This document shows, in pieces, positions 40,305-50,043 of a DNA stretch of 64,000 bases. Under the pieces are notes generated by a model, which was given only the letters and a program-made list of their open reading frames with translations, did no database searches and was not told the DNA's origin. This stretch comes from an uncultured Oceaniradius sp. (GTDB lineage Bacteria; Pseudomonadota; Alphaproteobacteria; Rhizobiales; Rhizobiaceae). The position numbers and the translations under genes were made by a program. The stretch covers positions 7,867 through 71,866 of the forward strand of contig CAZSFA010000001.1 of NCBI GenBank assembly GCA_964606055.1. The letters are read 5' to 3'. Every line of letters starts with the position of its first letter. Position 1 is the first letter of the stretch.

Positions 40305-40396
40305 TCGGCGCACAACATTCCAAAGCAGGCTGCCGGCAGCGATGCCGGCAACCCGCAACCGACATCTACGCGATTCCGGCATAAAGGGCCTTTACC

Positions 40397-41347
40397 GTGC
40401 TGTTTCGCTATGTGCTGCGAAGGCTCGTCTTCTTCATCGGGGCGATGTTCATCGCCTCGGTGCTGATCTTCGTGTTGATCAGGGCAGCGGGCGGAAATGT
40501 CGCCGCCGTGGTTCTGGGTCGCGATGCCAGCCCGGAGGCCATTGAGGCGCTGGCGATCGAATACGGCCTCGACCGGCCCTGGGTCGTGCAATATGTCGAC
40601 TGGATATCCGGCATGATGGCCGGCGATCTGGGACAGTCGTTCCGCACCGGCGAGAGCGTCGCCGAACTGGTCATGTCGCGCTTGCCGATTTCCGTGCCAT
40701 TGGCGGGCTGTGGCCTGCTGCTGGCCATCCTGATCGCCATCCCTGCCGGCACCTACGCGGCGCGCAACGCCGGCAATCCGTCAGGAACACTGGTCGCGCT
40801 GATCAGCCAGATCGGCATTGCCGTGCCGGTGTTCTGGGCCGGTGTCTTGCTGTCGCTGCTGTTCGGCGTCCAGCTTGGCTGGTTGCCGACCGGCGGCTGG
40901 ACACCGTGGGGCACGTCCGTGGGCGGCGCCATCCAATCGCTCGTTCTGCCGGTGCTGGCGCTCGGACTGGTGATGGCGGCGTCGCTCAGCCGCTATGTCC
41001 GCACCGCCGTGCTCGACGTGATGAACCAGGACTATGTACGCACCGCGCGCGCCAGCGGCATGAGCCAGACGCGGGCTCTGCTGACAGTCGGCCTGCCCAA
41101 CGCCGCACTGCCGATCGTCACATTCCTCGGCCTCCTGATCGCTGAACTGATCGGAGGGACCGTCATCATCGAAACCGTCTTCTCGCTGCCCGGGCTGAGC
41201 CGCATGATCCTTGCCAACGTCGCCGCGCGCGAGGTCATCGTCGTGCAGTCAACGGTGATGCTGATCATCGTCTTCGTGATGTTCGTCAACCTCATCGTCG
41301 ACCTGCTCTATGGCCTGCTCGACCCGCGCATTCGCGTTGCCGGATAG
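40397..41347 (+). CDS. Peptide ABC transporter permease (DppB-like)
   Basis: GDLGQS, DYVRTARASG, FSLPGL, DPRIR. Confidence 0.92.
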   Translation: MLFRYVLRRLVFFIGAMFIASVLIFVLIRAAGGNVAAVVLGRDASPEAIEALAIEYGLDRPWVVQYVDWISGMMAGDLGQSFRTGESVAELVMSRLPISVPLAGCGLLLAILIAIPAGTYAARNAGNPSGTLVALISQIGIAVPVFWAGVLLSLLFGVQLGWLPTGGWTPWGTSVGGAIQSLVLPVLALGLVMAASLSRYVRTAVLDVMNQDYVRTARASGMSQTRALLTVGLPNAALPIVTFLGLLIAELIGGTVIIETVFSLPGLSRMILANVAAREVIVVQSTVMLIIVFVMFVNLIVDLLYGLLDPRIRVAG

Positions 41348-41361
41348 GCGCCCGCAAAGCC

Positions 41362-42246
41362 ATGTCTCAAGCCGAACCTCATCTGCCGGCCGAAACGCCA
41401 ACGCCTCCCGCGCGGACCCGGCGCCGATTTCGGGCAAACGCCTCGCTGATCGTCGGACTGGTGCTGACCAGCGGTTTCTTTCTGATCGCGCTCATCTCGT
41501 TCTTCTACGTACCGCATGATCCCAACCTTCCCAATGTGCGCAATCGCCTCCTGCCTTTCGGCACGGCGGGCCATCTGTTCGGCACCGATGTCCTTGGCCG
41601 TGACATCACCTCGCAGTTGATGGTCGGCGCGCAGACCTCGCTGCTGGTCGGCGTTGGCGGAGCCGCGATCGCCCTGGTACTGGGCACGATCGCCGGCCTC
41701 GCGGCAGCCTCATCGAGCAAACTCGTCGACGAGACCATCATGCGAGGCGCCGACGTGTTGCTTTCGATCCCCGGCATCGTCACCGCGCTCGTCCTTGCGG
41801 CAACCATCGGCTCCGGCGCGGGCACGACGATCCTCGCGCTGACGGCATTCTTCACGCCGTCCTTCACGCGCGTGATCCGTTCGGCGGCGCTGACGGTGCT
41901 TGAGGAGAACTACATCATCGCGGCGCGCCTTTACGGCCGGAACCGCATCTTCATCCTGGCCCGCCATGTGGTCCCCAACATCGCCGGCGTGATGATCGTT
42001 CAGTTCACACTGTACTTCGCCGTTGGCATCTTGGTTGAATCGAGCCTGTCCTATCTCGGCGTCGGCGTCAGCCGACCCTCCATGTCATGGGGCCTGATGC
42101 TCAACGAGGCACAGCAGCAGGTCGGCGTGTCGTCGCCGCTTGCCATGTGGCCGGGGCTGGCCATCGTGCTCGTCGTCCTGGGCCTGAACCTGCTTGGCGA
42201 CGGGCTGCGCGACATGCTCGATCCCAAACTGAACGGGAGGCGGTGA
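41362..42246 (+). CDS. Peptide ABC transporter permease (DppC-like)
   Basis: HLFGTDVLGRD, LSYLGVG, GDGLRDMLDP. Confidence 0.92.
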   Translation: MSQAEPHLPAETPTPPARTRRRFRANASLIVGLVLTSGFFLIALISFFYVPHDPNLPNVRNRLLPFGTAGHLFGTDVLGRDITSQLMVGAQTSLLVGVGGAAIALVLGTIAGLAAASSSKLVDETIMRGADVLLSIPGIVTALVLAATIGSGAGTTILALTAFFTPSFTRVIRSAALTVLEENYIIAARLYGRNRIFILARHVVPNIAGVMIVQFTLYFAVGILVESSLSYLGVGVSRPSMSWGLMLNEAQQQVGVSSPLAMWPGLAIVLVVLGLNLLGDGLRDMLDPKLNGRR

Positions 42247-43235
42247 TGGACACCGCAAACGCCGTCGAGGTGCGCGACCTCAAGGTCAAGGCATCCGGCT
42301 TGACCGCCGTGCGCGGCGTCTCGTTCACCATTGCGGCCGGCGGCCGCATGGGCCTTGTCGGCGAATCCGGATCCGGCAAGACGCTGACCGCCTTGTCGCT
42401 CATGGGCTTGCTTCCGATGGGCCTGCGCGCCGAAGGCGAGATCATCCACGATGGCGTCGATGTGACGACGCTTTCCGACGCGCAACTGTCGCGCAAGCGC
42501 GGACGGACCATGTCGATGGTCTTCCAGGATCCGCTGTCGGCACTCAACCCGGTGCGGCGCGTCGGCCACCAGATCGCGTCGGTGATCCGGCGTCACAAGG
42601 GCGCGGGCCGCAGCGAAGCCGCGCGGCAAGCGCTCAGCCTCATCGAGCAGATGAAACTGCCGCGTGCCGAGCGCATTGTGCGCAGCTATCCGCACGAGTT
42701 GTCCGGCGGCCAGCGCCAGCGGATCATGATCGCCATGGCTCTGGCCTGCTACCCGCAGTTGATCATCGCCGATGAGCCGACCACCGCGCTCGATGTAACG
42801 GTGCAGAAACAGGTGCTGCGCCTGCTCAACGATGCGGTCGCCGAACGCGGCTGTGCGCTGTTGATGATAACACACGACCTGCCGATCGTGGCGGCCATGT
42901 GCGAGACGGTCGCCGTGATGTATGCGGGCAAGATCGTCGAGATCGGCCCGGTCGCAGAAGTGTTCACCGCGCCTCGCCATCCCTATACGCGCAGCCTTCT
43001 GGACTCGCAGCCGACCATGGACAACATCGCCTTTGATGGCTCGACCCGCCTGCCGTCCATTCCCGGCATGGTACCGGCCCTCGACCGGCTGCCGACCGGT
43101 TGCGCCTTTCATCCCCGCTGCCCGCGCGCCGACGATGCCTGTGCCAGCCGGATACCGCCGCTCGGCGGCCACACCCGTCAATCGGCCTGCTGGCATCCAT
43201 TGGCCGAAACCCGCTCCAGGGAAGATGCCGCATGA
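42246..43235 (+). CDS. Peptide ABC transporter ATP-binding protein
   Basis: [25 protein letters not shown]; TGATG overlap. Confidence 0.92.
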   Translation: MDTANAVEVRDLKVKASGLTAVRGVSFTIAAGGRMGLVGESGSGKTLTALSLMGLLPMGLRAEGEIIHDGVDVTTLSDAQLSRKRGRTMSMVFQDPLSALNPVRRVGHQIASVIRRHKGAGRSEAARQALSLIEQMKLPRAERIVRSYPHELSGGQRQRIMIAMALACYPQLIIADEPTTALDVTVQKQVLRLLNDAVAERGCALLMITHDLPIVAAMCETVAVMYAGKIVEIGPVAEVFTAPRHPYTRSLLDSQPTMDNIAFDGSTRLPSIPGMVPALDRLPTGCAFHPRCPRADDACASRIPPLGGHTRQSACWHPLAETRSREDAA

Positions 43236-44068
43236 AACCCGAGGGCACGGCCATGGCGGATACGCCAATCCTTGCGGCGCGCGGGGTCACGCAGACTTAT
43301 CGCCTGAACCGGACGCGCCTGTTCGAGCAGCGCCCGGTGCTGACAGCGCTCGACACGGTCGACTTTGACGTTCGCCCCGGCGAAGCCGTCGGCCTGGTTG
43401 GCGAATCCGGATCGGGAAAATCGACGCTGACCCGCTTGTTGATCGGCATCGAGGCGCCGGTCACTGGCACCGTTTCCTTCGAAACCGACGATGTCGCGCA
43501 GATGACGGTGGACCGCAGACGCCAGTTTCGCCAATCGGTGCAGATGGTGCTGCAGGATCCGCGCAGCTCGCTCGACCCGCGCATGCGCGTCGGCAACGCG
43601 CTCATGGAGCCGCTGCGCAGCCTGCAGATCGATTGCGACCATCGTGCGCGCGTGAGCGAGGTGCTTGAACAGGTCGGTCTCGACGAGCAGGCGCTCCACA
43701 AGTACCCGCACGAGTTTTCCGGCGGCCAGCTTCAGCGCATTGCGATTGCGCGTGCATTGATGCCGCAACCACGTGTGCTGGTCGCCGACGAGCCGGTGTC
43801 CGCGCTCGATGTCTCGATCCAGGCGCAGGTTCTCAACCTGTTGCGCGACCTGGTCGATGAACTCGGTCTCAGCCTCATCCTGATCGCGCATGATCTGTCG
43901 GTGGTTGCCTACACGACCAGCCGGGTCTCCGTCATGGCGGCGGGGAGGATCGTCGAGACCGGGCGGCCGGCGGATCTGTTCTCGCAGCCCAAGGCCGAGG
44001 CCACGCAGAACCTGGTCGATGCGGTTCTCACGGTTCGTGGCGGACTGGCCGGCACGGCGCTGGCATAG
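43232..44068 (+). CDS. Peptide ABC transporter ATP-binding protein
   Basis: GESGSGKS, FSGGQLQR, ADEPVSALD. Confidence 0.92.
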   Translation: MKPEGTAMADTPILAARGVTQTYRLNRTRLFEQRPVLTALDTVDFDVRPGEAVGLVGESGSGKSTLTRLLIGIEAPVTGTVSFETDDVAQMTVDRRRQFRQSVQMVLQDPRSSLDPRMRVGNALMEPLRSLQIDCDHRARVSEVLEQVGLDEQALHKYPHEFSGGQLQRIAIARALMPQPRVLVADEPVSALDVSIQAQVLNLLRDLVDELGLSLILIAHDLSVVAYTTSRVSVMAAGRIVETGRPADLFSQPKAEATQNLVDAVLTVRGGLAGTALA

Positions 44069-44231
44069 CGCGAAAATCGCAACTGGTCATCCGCAACCGA
44101 CCCGTGGCGTCAGTTCGACTGCCTCTGGGCGATGAATGGGAACGCCAGACAAAAGGCTCGGCTGAACCTGCTTTCGTGACCCGTTCCAGCCCGATTGCAG
44201 CATCGGTTCCACTGCCCGAGCACACTCAATC

Positions 44232-44263
44232 AGGCAAATGCCAACACCACTTGACATTTGTAA
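44232..44263. promoter_or_regulatory. Tandem TGAC-N4-GTCA-like operator overlapping a TTGACA -35
   Basis: AGGCAAATGCCA (44232) and TGACATTTGTAA (44252), 20 bp apart. Confidence 0.55.
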
Positions 44264-44301
44264 GGAAACTGCATTTTCTGATCTCCTCAGGAGGAGATGC
44301 C

Positions 44302-45237
44302 GTGCTCAACGAGAAGACAACCGAAGAGGTCGCGCTGGGAATCCGGCGGCGCGTCTTCGAGCATTCCATGCGCAACAATGGCGGCTATCTCAGTCAGGCC
44401 TGTTCGGCAGCCGAACAGTTGGCGTTTCTCTACAACGAGGCCCTCAATCTGGGGCAACCGACGCTGCCCGCGATACCCGAACCCTTTGGCGGCGTGCCTT
44501 CGGCGAGCAACACGGACTATCACACGGGCGCGGGCTACAACGGACCGTTCGAGCCGCATTTCGACCGGCTGTTCATCGCTCCCGCCCACTATGCGCTGGT
44601 CGCCTATGCCACGCTCATCGAAGTCGGTCGCCTGGACCCACAGGGTCTGGAAATGTTCAACAAGGACGGCTCATCGGTGGAGATGATCGGCGCCGAGCAC
44701 TCGCCCGGCATGGAAGTTCACAACGGAACGCTCGGCATCGGCCTGTCCACCGGCGCCGGGCTTGCGTTCGGCCGCAAACGGCGCGGCGAGACCGGCAAGG
44801 TGTGTGTCTTCATGTCGGACGGCGAAGTGCAGGAAGGCCAGACGTGGGAGGCGGTTCAGGCTGCCGCGCACCATCGGATCGACAATCTGTGGGCGCTGAT
44901 GGACGTCAACGATCAGCAGTGCGACGGCGCGATGGACACCGTGATGGAAGTCCGCGACATCAGGGCCAAGTTCGAGGCATTCGGCGCGGTCTGCCTGGAG
45001 ATCGACGCCCACGATCTGGACGCCATGCGTCAGGCCAGGGCAACGCCGCATGAGGGACGACCGCTGATCATCCTTGCGCGCTCCTCGCCGACCAGGGGCA
45101 TGTCGTTCCTTCAGCGGCGTTTTCCGCGCCTGCATTATGTCCGCTTCAAGTCGGAGGAAGAGCGCGCCGAGATGAATGTCGCCATCGCCGCTGAGTTGGG
45201 CGTCGAACCGGTCGATTACGGCAAGGGAGGCCATTGA
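44302..45237 (+). CDS. Split transketolase, N-terminal (ThDP-binding) subunit, atypical
   Basis: GTLGIGL, SDGEVQEGQTWEA..N..Q.DG ThDP motif; GTG start after GGAGGAG. Confidence 0.87.
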   Translation: MLNEKTTEEVALGIRRRVFEHSMRNNGGYLSQACSAAEQLAFLYNEALNLGQPTLPAIPEPFGGVPSASNTDYHTGAGYNGPFEPHFDRLFIAPAHYALVAYATLIEVGRLDPQGLEMFNKDGSSVEMIGAEHSPGMEVHNGTLGIGLSTGAGLAFGRKRRGETGKVCVFMSDGEVQEGQTWEAVQAAAHHRIDNLWALMDVNDQQCDGAMDTVMEVRDIRAKFEAFGAVCLEIDAHDLDAMRQARATPHEGRPLIILARSSPTRGMSFLQRRFPRLHYVRFKSEEERAEMNVAIAAELGVEPVDYGKGGH

Positions 45238-45238
45238 C

Positions 45239-46243
45239 GTGGCACAGATGGTCAACCGTCCCTATGCCGCCGCATTCGAGACGTTCGCGGCGGGCAACCC
45301 CGACATTGTCTGCCTATCGGCGGATCTGACGTCGTCATGCGAGATCGACGGGTTCCGCGACCGCCATCCGGATCAGTTCGTGTCGCTGGGCATGGCCGAG
45401 CAGAACATGATGAGCTTTGCCGGCGGGCTTGGTCTGGCCGGTTTTCGGCCGTTCCTGCATTCGTTCGGGGTCTTTCTCTACCGCCGTCCCTACGACCAGC
45501 TGGTCGCATCGGTCGCCTACCCGCGGCGCAAGGTGCGCCTGATGGGCTTTTTGCCGGGCGTGACCACACCGGGCGGCATGACGCACCAGGCCATCGAGGA
45601 TCTGGCGGTGATGCGATCGATGCCGAACATGACCATCCTCGAAACCGGCGATGCGACCGAGGTCGAAAGCATCTGCGAGGCGGCGGATTCGATCGACGGA
45701 CCGGTCTACTGCCGCGTCCTGCGCGGCTCGGTGCCGCGCCTGTTCGACACGCCGATCGAGGTCGGCCGCATGCGCGAACTGGCGCTTGGCGGCGACATTC
45801 TCATCGTCACCTCCGGCATCGCCACCGAAGAGGCCCTGCGCGCACGTGATGCCCTGACCGGGGCCGGTGTCTCGGTTCGCCATCTGCACCTGAACACGAT
45901 CAAGCCGTTTGACGATGGTGCGCTGCTCGATCACGTCGCATCGGTAACCAAAGGCGTGGTGGTTCTGGAAAACCATGTGACCGAAGGCGGCATCGGATCA
46001 CTGGTCGCCGAGATCATGGCCGACAACGGCGTCGGCAAGCCCCTGGTGCGGCTCGGCCTCAAGGACACCTTTGCCCATGGCGGCTCACGGCCCTACCTGA
46101 TGAAGCACTATGGCCTGGATGCCTCGGCGCTGGTGGCCGGTATCGAGCGATTGCTCGGCACATCGCTCGGCATCACCGAGGCGCAACTGACGGCCGCGCG
46201 CGTTGACGCGGTGCATTCCGCCGTCAAGGCAGAGGCGCTCTAG
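45239..46243 (+). CDS. Split transketolase, C-terminal subunit
   Basis: SADL, GMAEQNM, RPYDQ, GMTHQAIED, TIKPFD, ENH..GGIG. Confidence 0.88.
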   Translation: MAQMVNRPYAAAFETFAAGNPDIVCLSADLTSSCEIDGFRDRHPDQFVSLGMAEQNMMSFAGGLGLAGFRPFLHSFGVFLYRRPYDQLVASVAYPRRKVRLMGFLPGVTTPGGMTHQAIEDLAVMRSMPNMTILETGDATEVESICEAADSIDGPVYCRVLRGSVPRLFDTPIEVGRMRELALGGDILIVTSGIATEEALRARDALTGAGVSVRHLHLNTIKPFDDGALLDHVASVTKGVVVLENHVTEGGIGSLVAEIMADNGVGKPLVRLGLKDTFAHGGSRPYLMKHYGLDASALVAGIERLLGTSLGITEAQLTAARVDAVHSAVKAEAL

Positions 46244-46245
46244 GC

Positions 46246-47376
46246 GTGCGGACAGACGACCGGTTCCGCGTCAGCTATCTGATCGTTGCCGACGACGAAA
46301 AGGCGGCGCGGGCCCGCGCGGTCGGCATTGCCTATGAGCAGACCGTCGAAGTGCCAGACGATGTCGTTCCCGACGGCTTCATCCGCGATGAGATCGTCGG
46401 GCAGGTGGAGGCGATCGCGCCGCGCGACGACGGCCGATGGCATGCGGTGATCTCCTATTCGCCCGACAGCGTCGGCACTGAAGCGGTGCAATTGCTCAAC
46501 GTCATCTTCGGCAACTCGTCCATCCAGCAGGGCATCGCGGTTTCGGGCTTCGACCCCGGGGCGGTCATCGCATCGCGGTTCTCCGGACCACGATTCGGGG
46601 TGGCGGGTTTGCGCCAGTTGACGGGCCGCGCGCGCGGCGGCCTGATTGCCCCGGTCATCAAGCCGCAAGGCTCCTCCGCGCGCACGCTGGCCGACATCGC
46701 GGCGCGCTGCGTGGCCGGCGGTGCCGATATCATCAAGGATGATCACGGACTGACCAACCAGTCCATGGCGCCCTTCGAGGATCGTCTGGCTCACGTCAGC
46801 AGTGCGGTGGCCGAGGCCAACGCCAAACACGGCCGGTCGGCGCGCCACTTCGTCAACATCAGCGGCTACACTGGAAATCCGGTGGACGAGGCGTACCGCG
46901 CCAAGCAGGCCGGTGCGGGCGGCGTACTCATCATGCCCGGCCTTCTGGGCTACGGCCTTGCGCACCATCTGTCTGCGGCGCCCGATTTCGATCTGCCCAT
47001 CATGACACATCCCTCGTTCACCGGTTCGTTCGTCCTGACCCCGGACAACGGCATGAGCCACGCCATGATGTACGGCACGTTGCAGCGTCTGATCGGCTCG
47101 GACATATCCGTTTTCCCCAATGTCGGCGGCCGGTTCGGCTTCTCGCGCGGGGCCTGCTTGTCGATCGCCGAAGCCTGCCGGGACCCTGCCGGGCCGGGCC
47201 GGCCGATGATGCCCTCGCCGGGCGGCGGTATGAGCGTCGAGCGCGCCGGCGACATGGTGGAGATGTATGGCGAGGACGTCGTCTACCTGCTGGGCGGCAG
47301 CCTGCTGCGCGCCGGGGACGCGATTGGTGACGCGGTCCGCGCGATGCGCGATGCGGTCGACGCCGGACTGGCGTGA
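46246..47376 (+). CDS. RuBisCO-like protein (form IV), resembling the 5-methylthioribulose-1-phosphate 1,3-isomerase type
   Basis: EQTVE, FGNSS, KPQG, IKDDHG (His where RuBisCO has KDDE), FPNVGGRFG, PGGG, GGSL; 376 aa. Confidence 0.85.
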   Translation: MRTDDRFRVSYLIVADDEKAARARAVGIAYEQTVEVPDDVVPDGFIRDEIVGQVEAIAPRDDGRWHAVISYSPDSVGTEAVQLLNVIFGNSSIQQGIAVSGFDPGAVIASRFSGPRFGVAGLRQLTGRARGGLIAPVIKPQGSSARTLADIAARCVAGGADIIKDDHGLTNQSMAPFEDRLAHVSSAVAEANAKHGRSARHFVNISGYTGNPVDEAYRAKQAGAGGVLIMPGLLGYGLAHHLSAAPDFDLPIMTHPSFTGSFVLTPDNGMSHAMMYGTLQRLIGSDISVFPNVGGRFGFSRGACLSIAEACRDPAGPGRPMMPSPGGGMSVERAGDMVEMYGEDVVYLLGGSLLRAGDAIGDAVRAMRDAVDAGLA

Positions 47377-47826
47377 TCACCCGTCAAAGACGACACCTGT
47401 CCGCAGGATGAAGCAACCGAACGGACGGCCTTCCGAACACGACACCACGGCAAACGCCTTGCGCGCATGTGCGTAGAACGCCTGGCGCTCGATGCTCTTC
47501 AGCGCCGCTCCATCGGGCGCGACACGCGACAACACATCGAAGACCTCGGCATGGACGGGCTCGACCTGATCGGGCGCGTTGTCGACCTCCATGCGCAGCG
47601 CGCCATAGTCGGCAAAGCTGTCGATCGGCATCAGTTGTGTGATCAGCGAAACCACCTCGGCCGCCGACATGCCCGGCATGGTAATGACATCGGGCATGAC
47701 ACAGTGCGCCGCCGTCGCCGCTGACGGGTAATTGCGGTCGGCGATCACCAGTTCATCGCCATGCCCGAGCCGGATCAGGCAATCCATCAGTTCGGGCGTC
47801 ACGCGATGGTCGATGCCTTTGAGCAT
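47377..47826 (-). CDS. RbsD/FucU family sugar mutarotase
   Basis: MLKGID, GHGDELVIAD.NYP, IERQAFY, GV. Confidence 0.9.
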   Translation of the reverse strand: MLKGIDHRVTPELMDCLIRLGHGDELVIADRNYPSAATAAHCVMPDVITMPGMSAAEVVSLITQLMPIDSFADYGALRMEVDNAPDQVEPVHAEVFDVLSRVAPDGAALKSIERQAFYAHARKAFAVVSCSEGRPFGCFILRTGVVFDG

Positions 47827-47841
47827 GGGCCTGTCCTTTCA

Positions 47842-47877
47842 GAAAATGAAAAGGGCCGCGGGGAAGCCGCGACCCTT
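47842..47877 (-). terminator. Intrinsic terminator/attenuator-like hairpin after the sugar SBP gene
   Basis: Minus strand reads AAGGGTCGCGG-CTTCC-CCGCGGCCCTT followed by TTCATTTT. Confidence 0.55.
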
Positions 47878-47894
47878 CAGATCGATTGCGGCGA

Positions 47895-48944
47895 TCAGCG
47901 CGGAGGCAGCGGCATCCAGTCCGTCATCGCCACATCGGCATGGGCGAACTGCGGCAGCTTGGCCGACAGACTCTCCATGTTGGTGATGTCGTTTTCGTTG
48001 AGGAAGCTCTGCGTGATCAGCGTCGGCGGCACGATCACCTGTGCGCCCGGATCCTCGCCTGCGAGCATCATCGCCAGCGCCCTGACCGAGACCTCACCGA
48101 CCACGGCCGGATTGGTCGCAACCGTCGCCTTCCACGCGCTGCCCGGCTCGCGCATCAGCGCGATGTCGGCCGTCGATACGTCAGCCGAGTAGATCGACAC
48201 ATCGCCGGACATGCCCGCCTCGTCGACCGCGATCTTCACGCCCTTTGCGAACTCGTTGTAGGGCGCAAAGAAGACCGAGATGGTCGGATTGGCCTGAAGC
48301 ACGGCGCGTGCCTGGTTGGCGTTGGAGTTGGCGATCGGATTGTCGAGCGTGCCCATCTGGGCCTTTTCGACGATGTCCGGATTGGCTTCCTTCAACTCTT
48401 CCCACGCCACATGGCGGCGATCGAGCGGCGCGATGCCCGGCACATAGACGTAGCCCGCATCGAACGCATTGCCGTTGTCCTCGACGGCCTGCTCCAGCGC
48501 CAGCTTGCCGAGCAGATAGTCCGACTGCTCGATCTGCGGGATCGCTTCGTTTTCGACATTGACGTCGAACGCGACCACCCTGATGCCGGCGTCCACGGCA
48601 CGCTGCGCGGCATCCTTGATGGACTCGGTCAGGCCGTGCTGGATGACGATGCCGTCAACGCCCAGCGCGATTGCCTGATCGACCATGTCGGACTGGAGCG
48701 CGGCGTCCTGACGGCTGTCGAAGACACGCAGGTCCACGCCCAGCGCTTCTGCCTGTGCTTCCACGCCCGAAAGATAGGCCTGGAAGAAGTCTCCGGTCGA
48801 CAGATAGCGCACCAGCGCAATCCTGACCTCGGACGCATTGTCGAACGGGGCGGGCATGGTTTGTGCGGCGGATACGCCGATGCCGGAGGCAAGAGCGGTC
48901 GCGCCGGCGATCATTGCCAGTGCTGTTCTACGGAGTATGGTCAT
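47895..48944 (-). CDS. Sugar ABC transporter substrate-binding protein
   Basis: Signal peptide; RbsB-like VDGIVIQH, IRVVAFD. Confidence 0.88.
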   Translation of the reverse strand: MTILRRTALAMIAGATALASGIGVSAAQTMPAPFDNASEVRIALVRYLSTGDFFQAYLSGVEAQAEALGVDLRVFDSRQDAALQSDMVDQAIALGVDGIVIQHGLTESIKDAAQRAVDAGIRVVAFDVNVENEAIPQIEQSDYLLGKLALEQAVEDNGNAFDAGYVYVPGIAPLDRRHVAWEELKEANPDIVEKAQMGTLDNPIANSNANQARAVLQANPTISVFFAPYNEFAKGVKIAVDEAGMSGDVSIYSADVSTADIALMREPGSAWKATVATNPAVVGEVSVRALAMMLAGEDPGAQVIVPPTLITQSFLNENDITNMESLSAKLPQFAHADVAMTDWMPLPPR

Positions 48945-48984
48945 GCATGTATCCTCCCTTGCATGATGACGTCGTCATGTCGTT

Positions 48985-50043
48985 TCAGTGATTGCCGGCC
49001 CGGCGGGACGACAAGGAGAAGGTGAAGACAAGCGCGATGACGAGCACCGCGCCCTTGATGAAATCCTGGGTGTAGTAGGGGGCGTTCATCATCGTCAGCC
49101 CCTGCAGCAAGATGCCGACGAACAAGGCGCCCATGGCGGTGCCGAACGCATTCGGCTTGGCCGCGCCCAGAACCGCATAGCCGATCAAGGCGGCAGCCAC
49201 CGCGTCCAGGAGAAGGTTCGTGCCCGACGCGATGTCGCCGCGGCCAAGCCGCGCGGCGAGCAGGATGCCGCCGACCGAGGCCAGGACACCCGAGATCATG
49301 TAGGCGTAGATCTTGTAGCGATCGACATTGGTGCCGGTCAGCGAAGCGGCGCGCTCGTTGGAACCGATGGCATACATCAAACGGCCATGGCGCGTGAGTT
49401 CGAGAAAGGCCCACACGACGACGCCGATGACGATCAGGAAGACGACCGAGATCGGGATGAGGTTCTCCAAAAAGAAGTCGAACCGGTGGCGGCCCATCGA
49501 CAGGAAGAAGGGCGAGAAGGTCCCGTTGGCCGTTTCGCCGCTCGGCAGCGTCATGCCGGTCGAAATCGAGCGGCCTTCGGTCGGAATACGTTGCAGCCCG
49601 ACCAGCAGAAACATCATGCCGAGCGTTGCCAGAAGGTCGGGCACCTTGAAGCGGACGATCAGCACACCGTTCACAAAGCCGATGAACGCGCCCAGCAGCA
49701 GGCACGCGACGACCGCGACGAACGCCGACTGCTCCATGACGACCATGACATAGGCGGCCAGCATCATCGACGATGTCGCAACCGAGCCGATCGACAGATC
49801 GAACCCGCCGACGACGAGCGTGCACGTCACCCCGAGCGCCAGAATCCCGGTGATCGCCACGGACTGGAAGATGAAGACGGCCGATCGCGGCCCGGCGAAC
49901 CCGTCGGCAAACACCGAAAAGAAAATGACCAGCCCGACCAGCAGCGCCAGAAAACCGTAACGAATGGCCAGATCGATCAGTACGGTGCCGCGCAGTTCCG
50001 GGCGCTGGGTGGACGGTCCGGTGGTGTCCAGTTCGGTGCTCAT
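48985..50043 (-). CDS. Sugar ABC transporter permease
   Basis: GGFDLSIGS, ATLG, GRLMYAIGSNERAA. Confidence 0.92.
   Translation of the reverse strand: MSTELDTTGPSTQRPELRGTVLIDLAIRYGFLALLVGLVIFFSVFADGFAGPRSAVFIFQSVAITGILALGVTCTLVVGGFDLSIGSVATSSMMLAAYVMVVMEQSAFVAVVACLLLGAFIGFVNGVLIVRFKVPDLLATLGMMFLLVGLQRIPTEGRSISTGMTLPSGETANGTFSPFFLSMGRHRFDFFLENLIPISVVFLIVIGVVVWAFLELTRHGRLMYAIGSNERAASLTGTNVDRYKIYAYMISGVLASVGGILLAARLGRGDIASGTNLLLDAVAAALIGYAVLGAAKPNAFGTAMGALFVGILLQGLTMMNAPYYTQDFIKGAVLVIALVFTFSLSSRRAGNH

Noticed and set aside
40325-40356. TGCCGGCA repeat hairpin after the second family-5 SBP
   Set aside because: A single ordinary intergenic stem-loop, not a repeat family or CRISPR unit.
46246-47376. 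True RuBisCO / CO2 fixation
   Set aside because: Only 376 aa, KDDH instead of KDDE, and no cbbS or prk nearby; it is a form IV RLP.
44302-47376. D-apiose/apionate pathway (also uses split transketolase and RLPs)
   Set aside because: Disfavoured but not excluded: the operator is shared with mtnK/mtnA, the RLP motifs resemble the MTRu-1P isomerase type, and no apionate oxidoisomerase was recognised.
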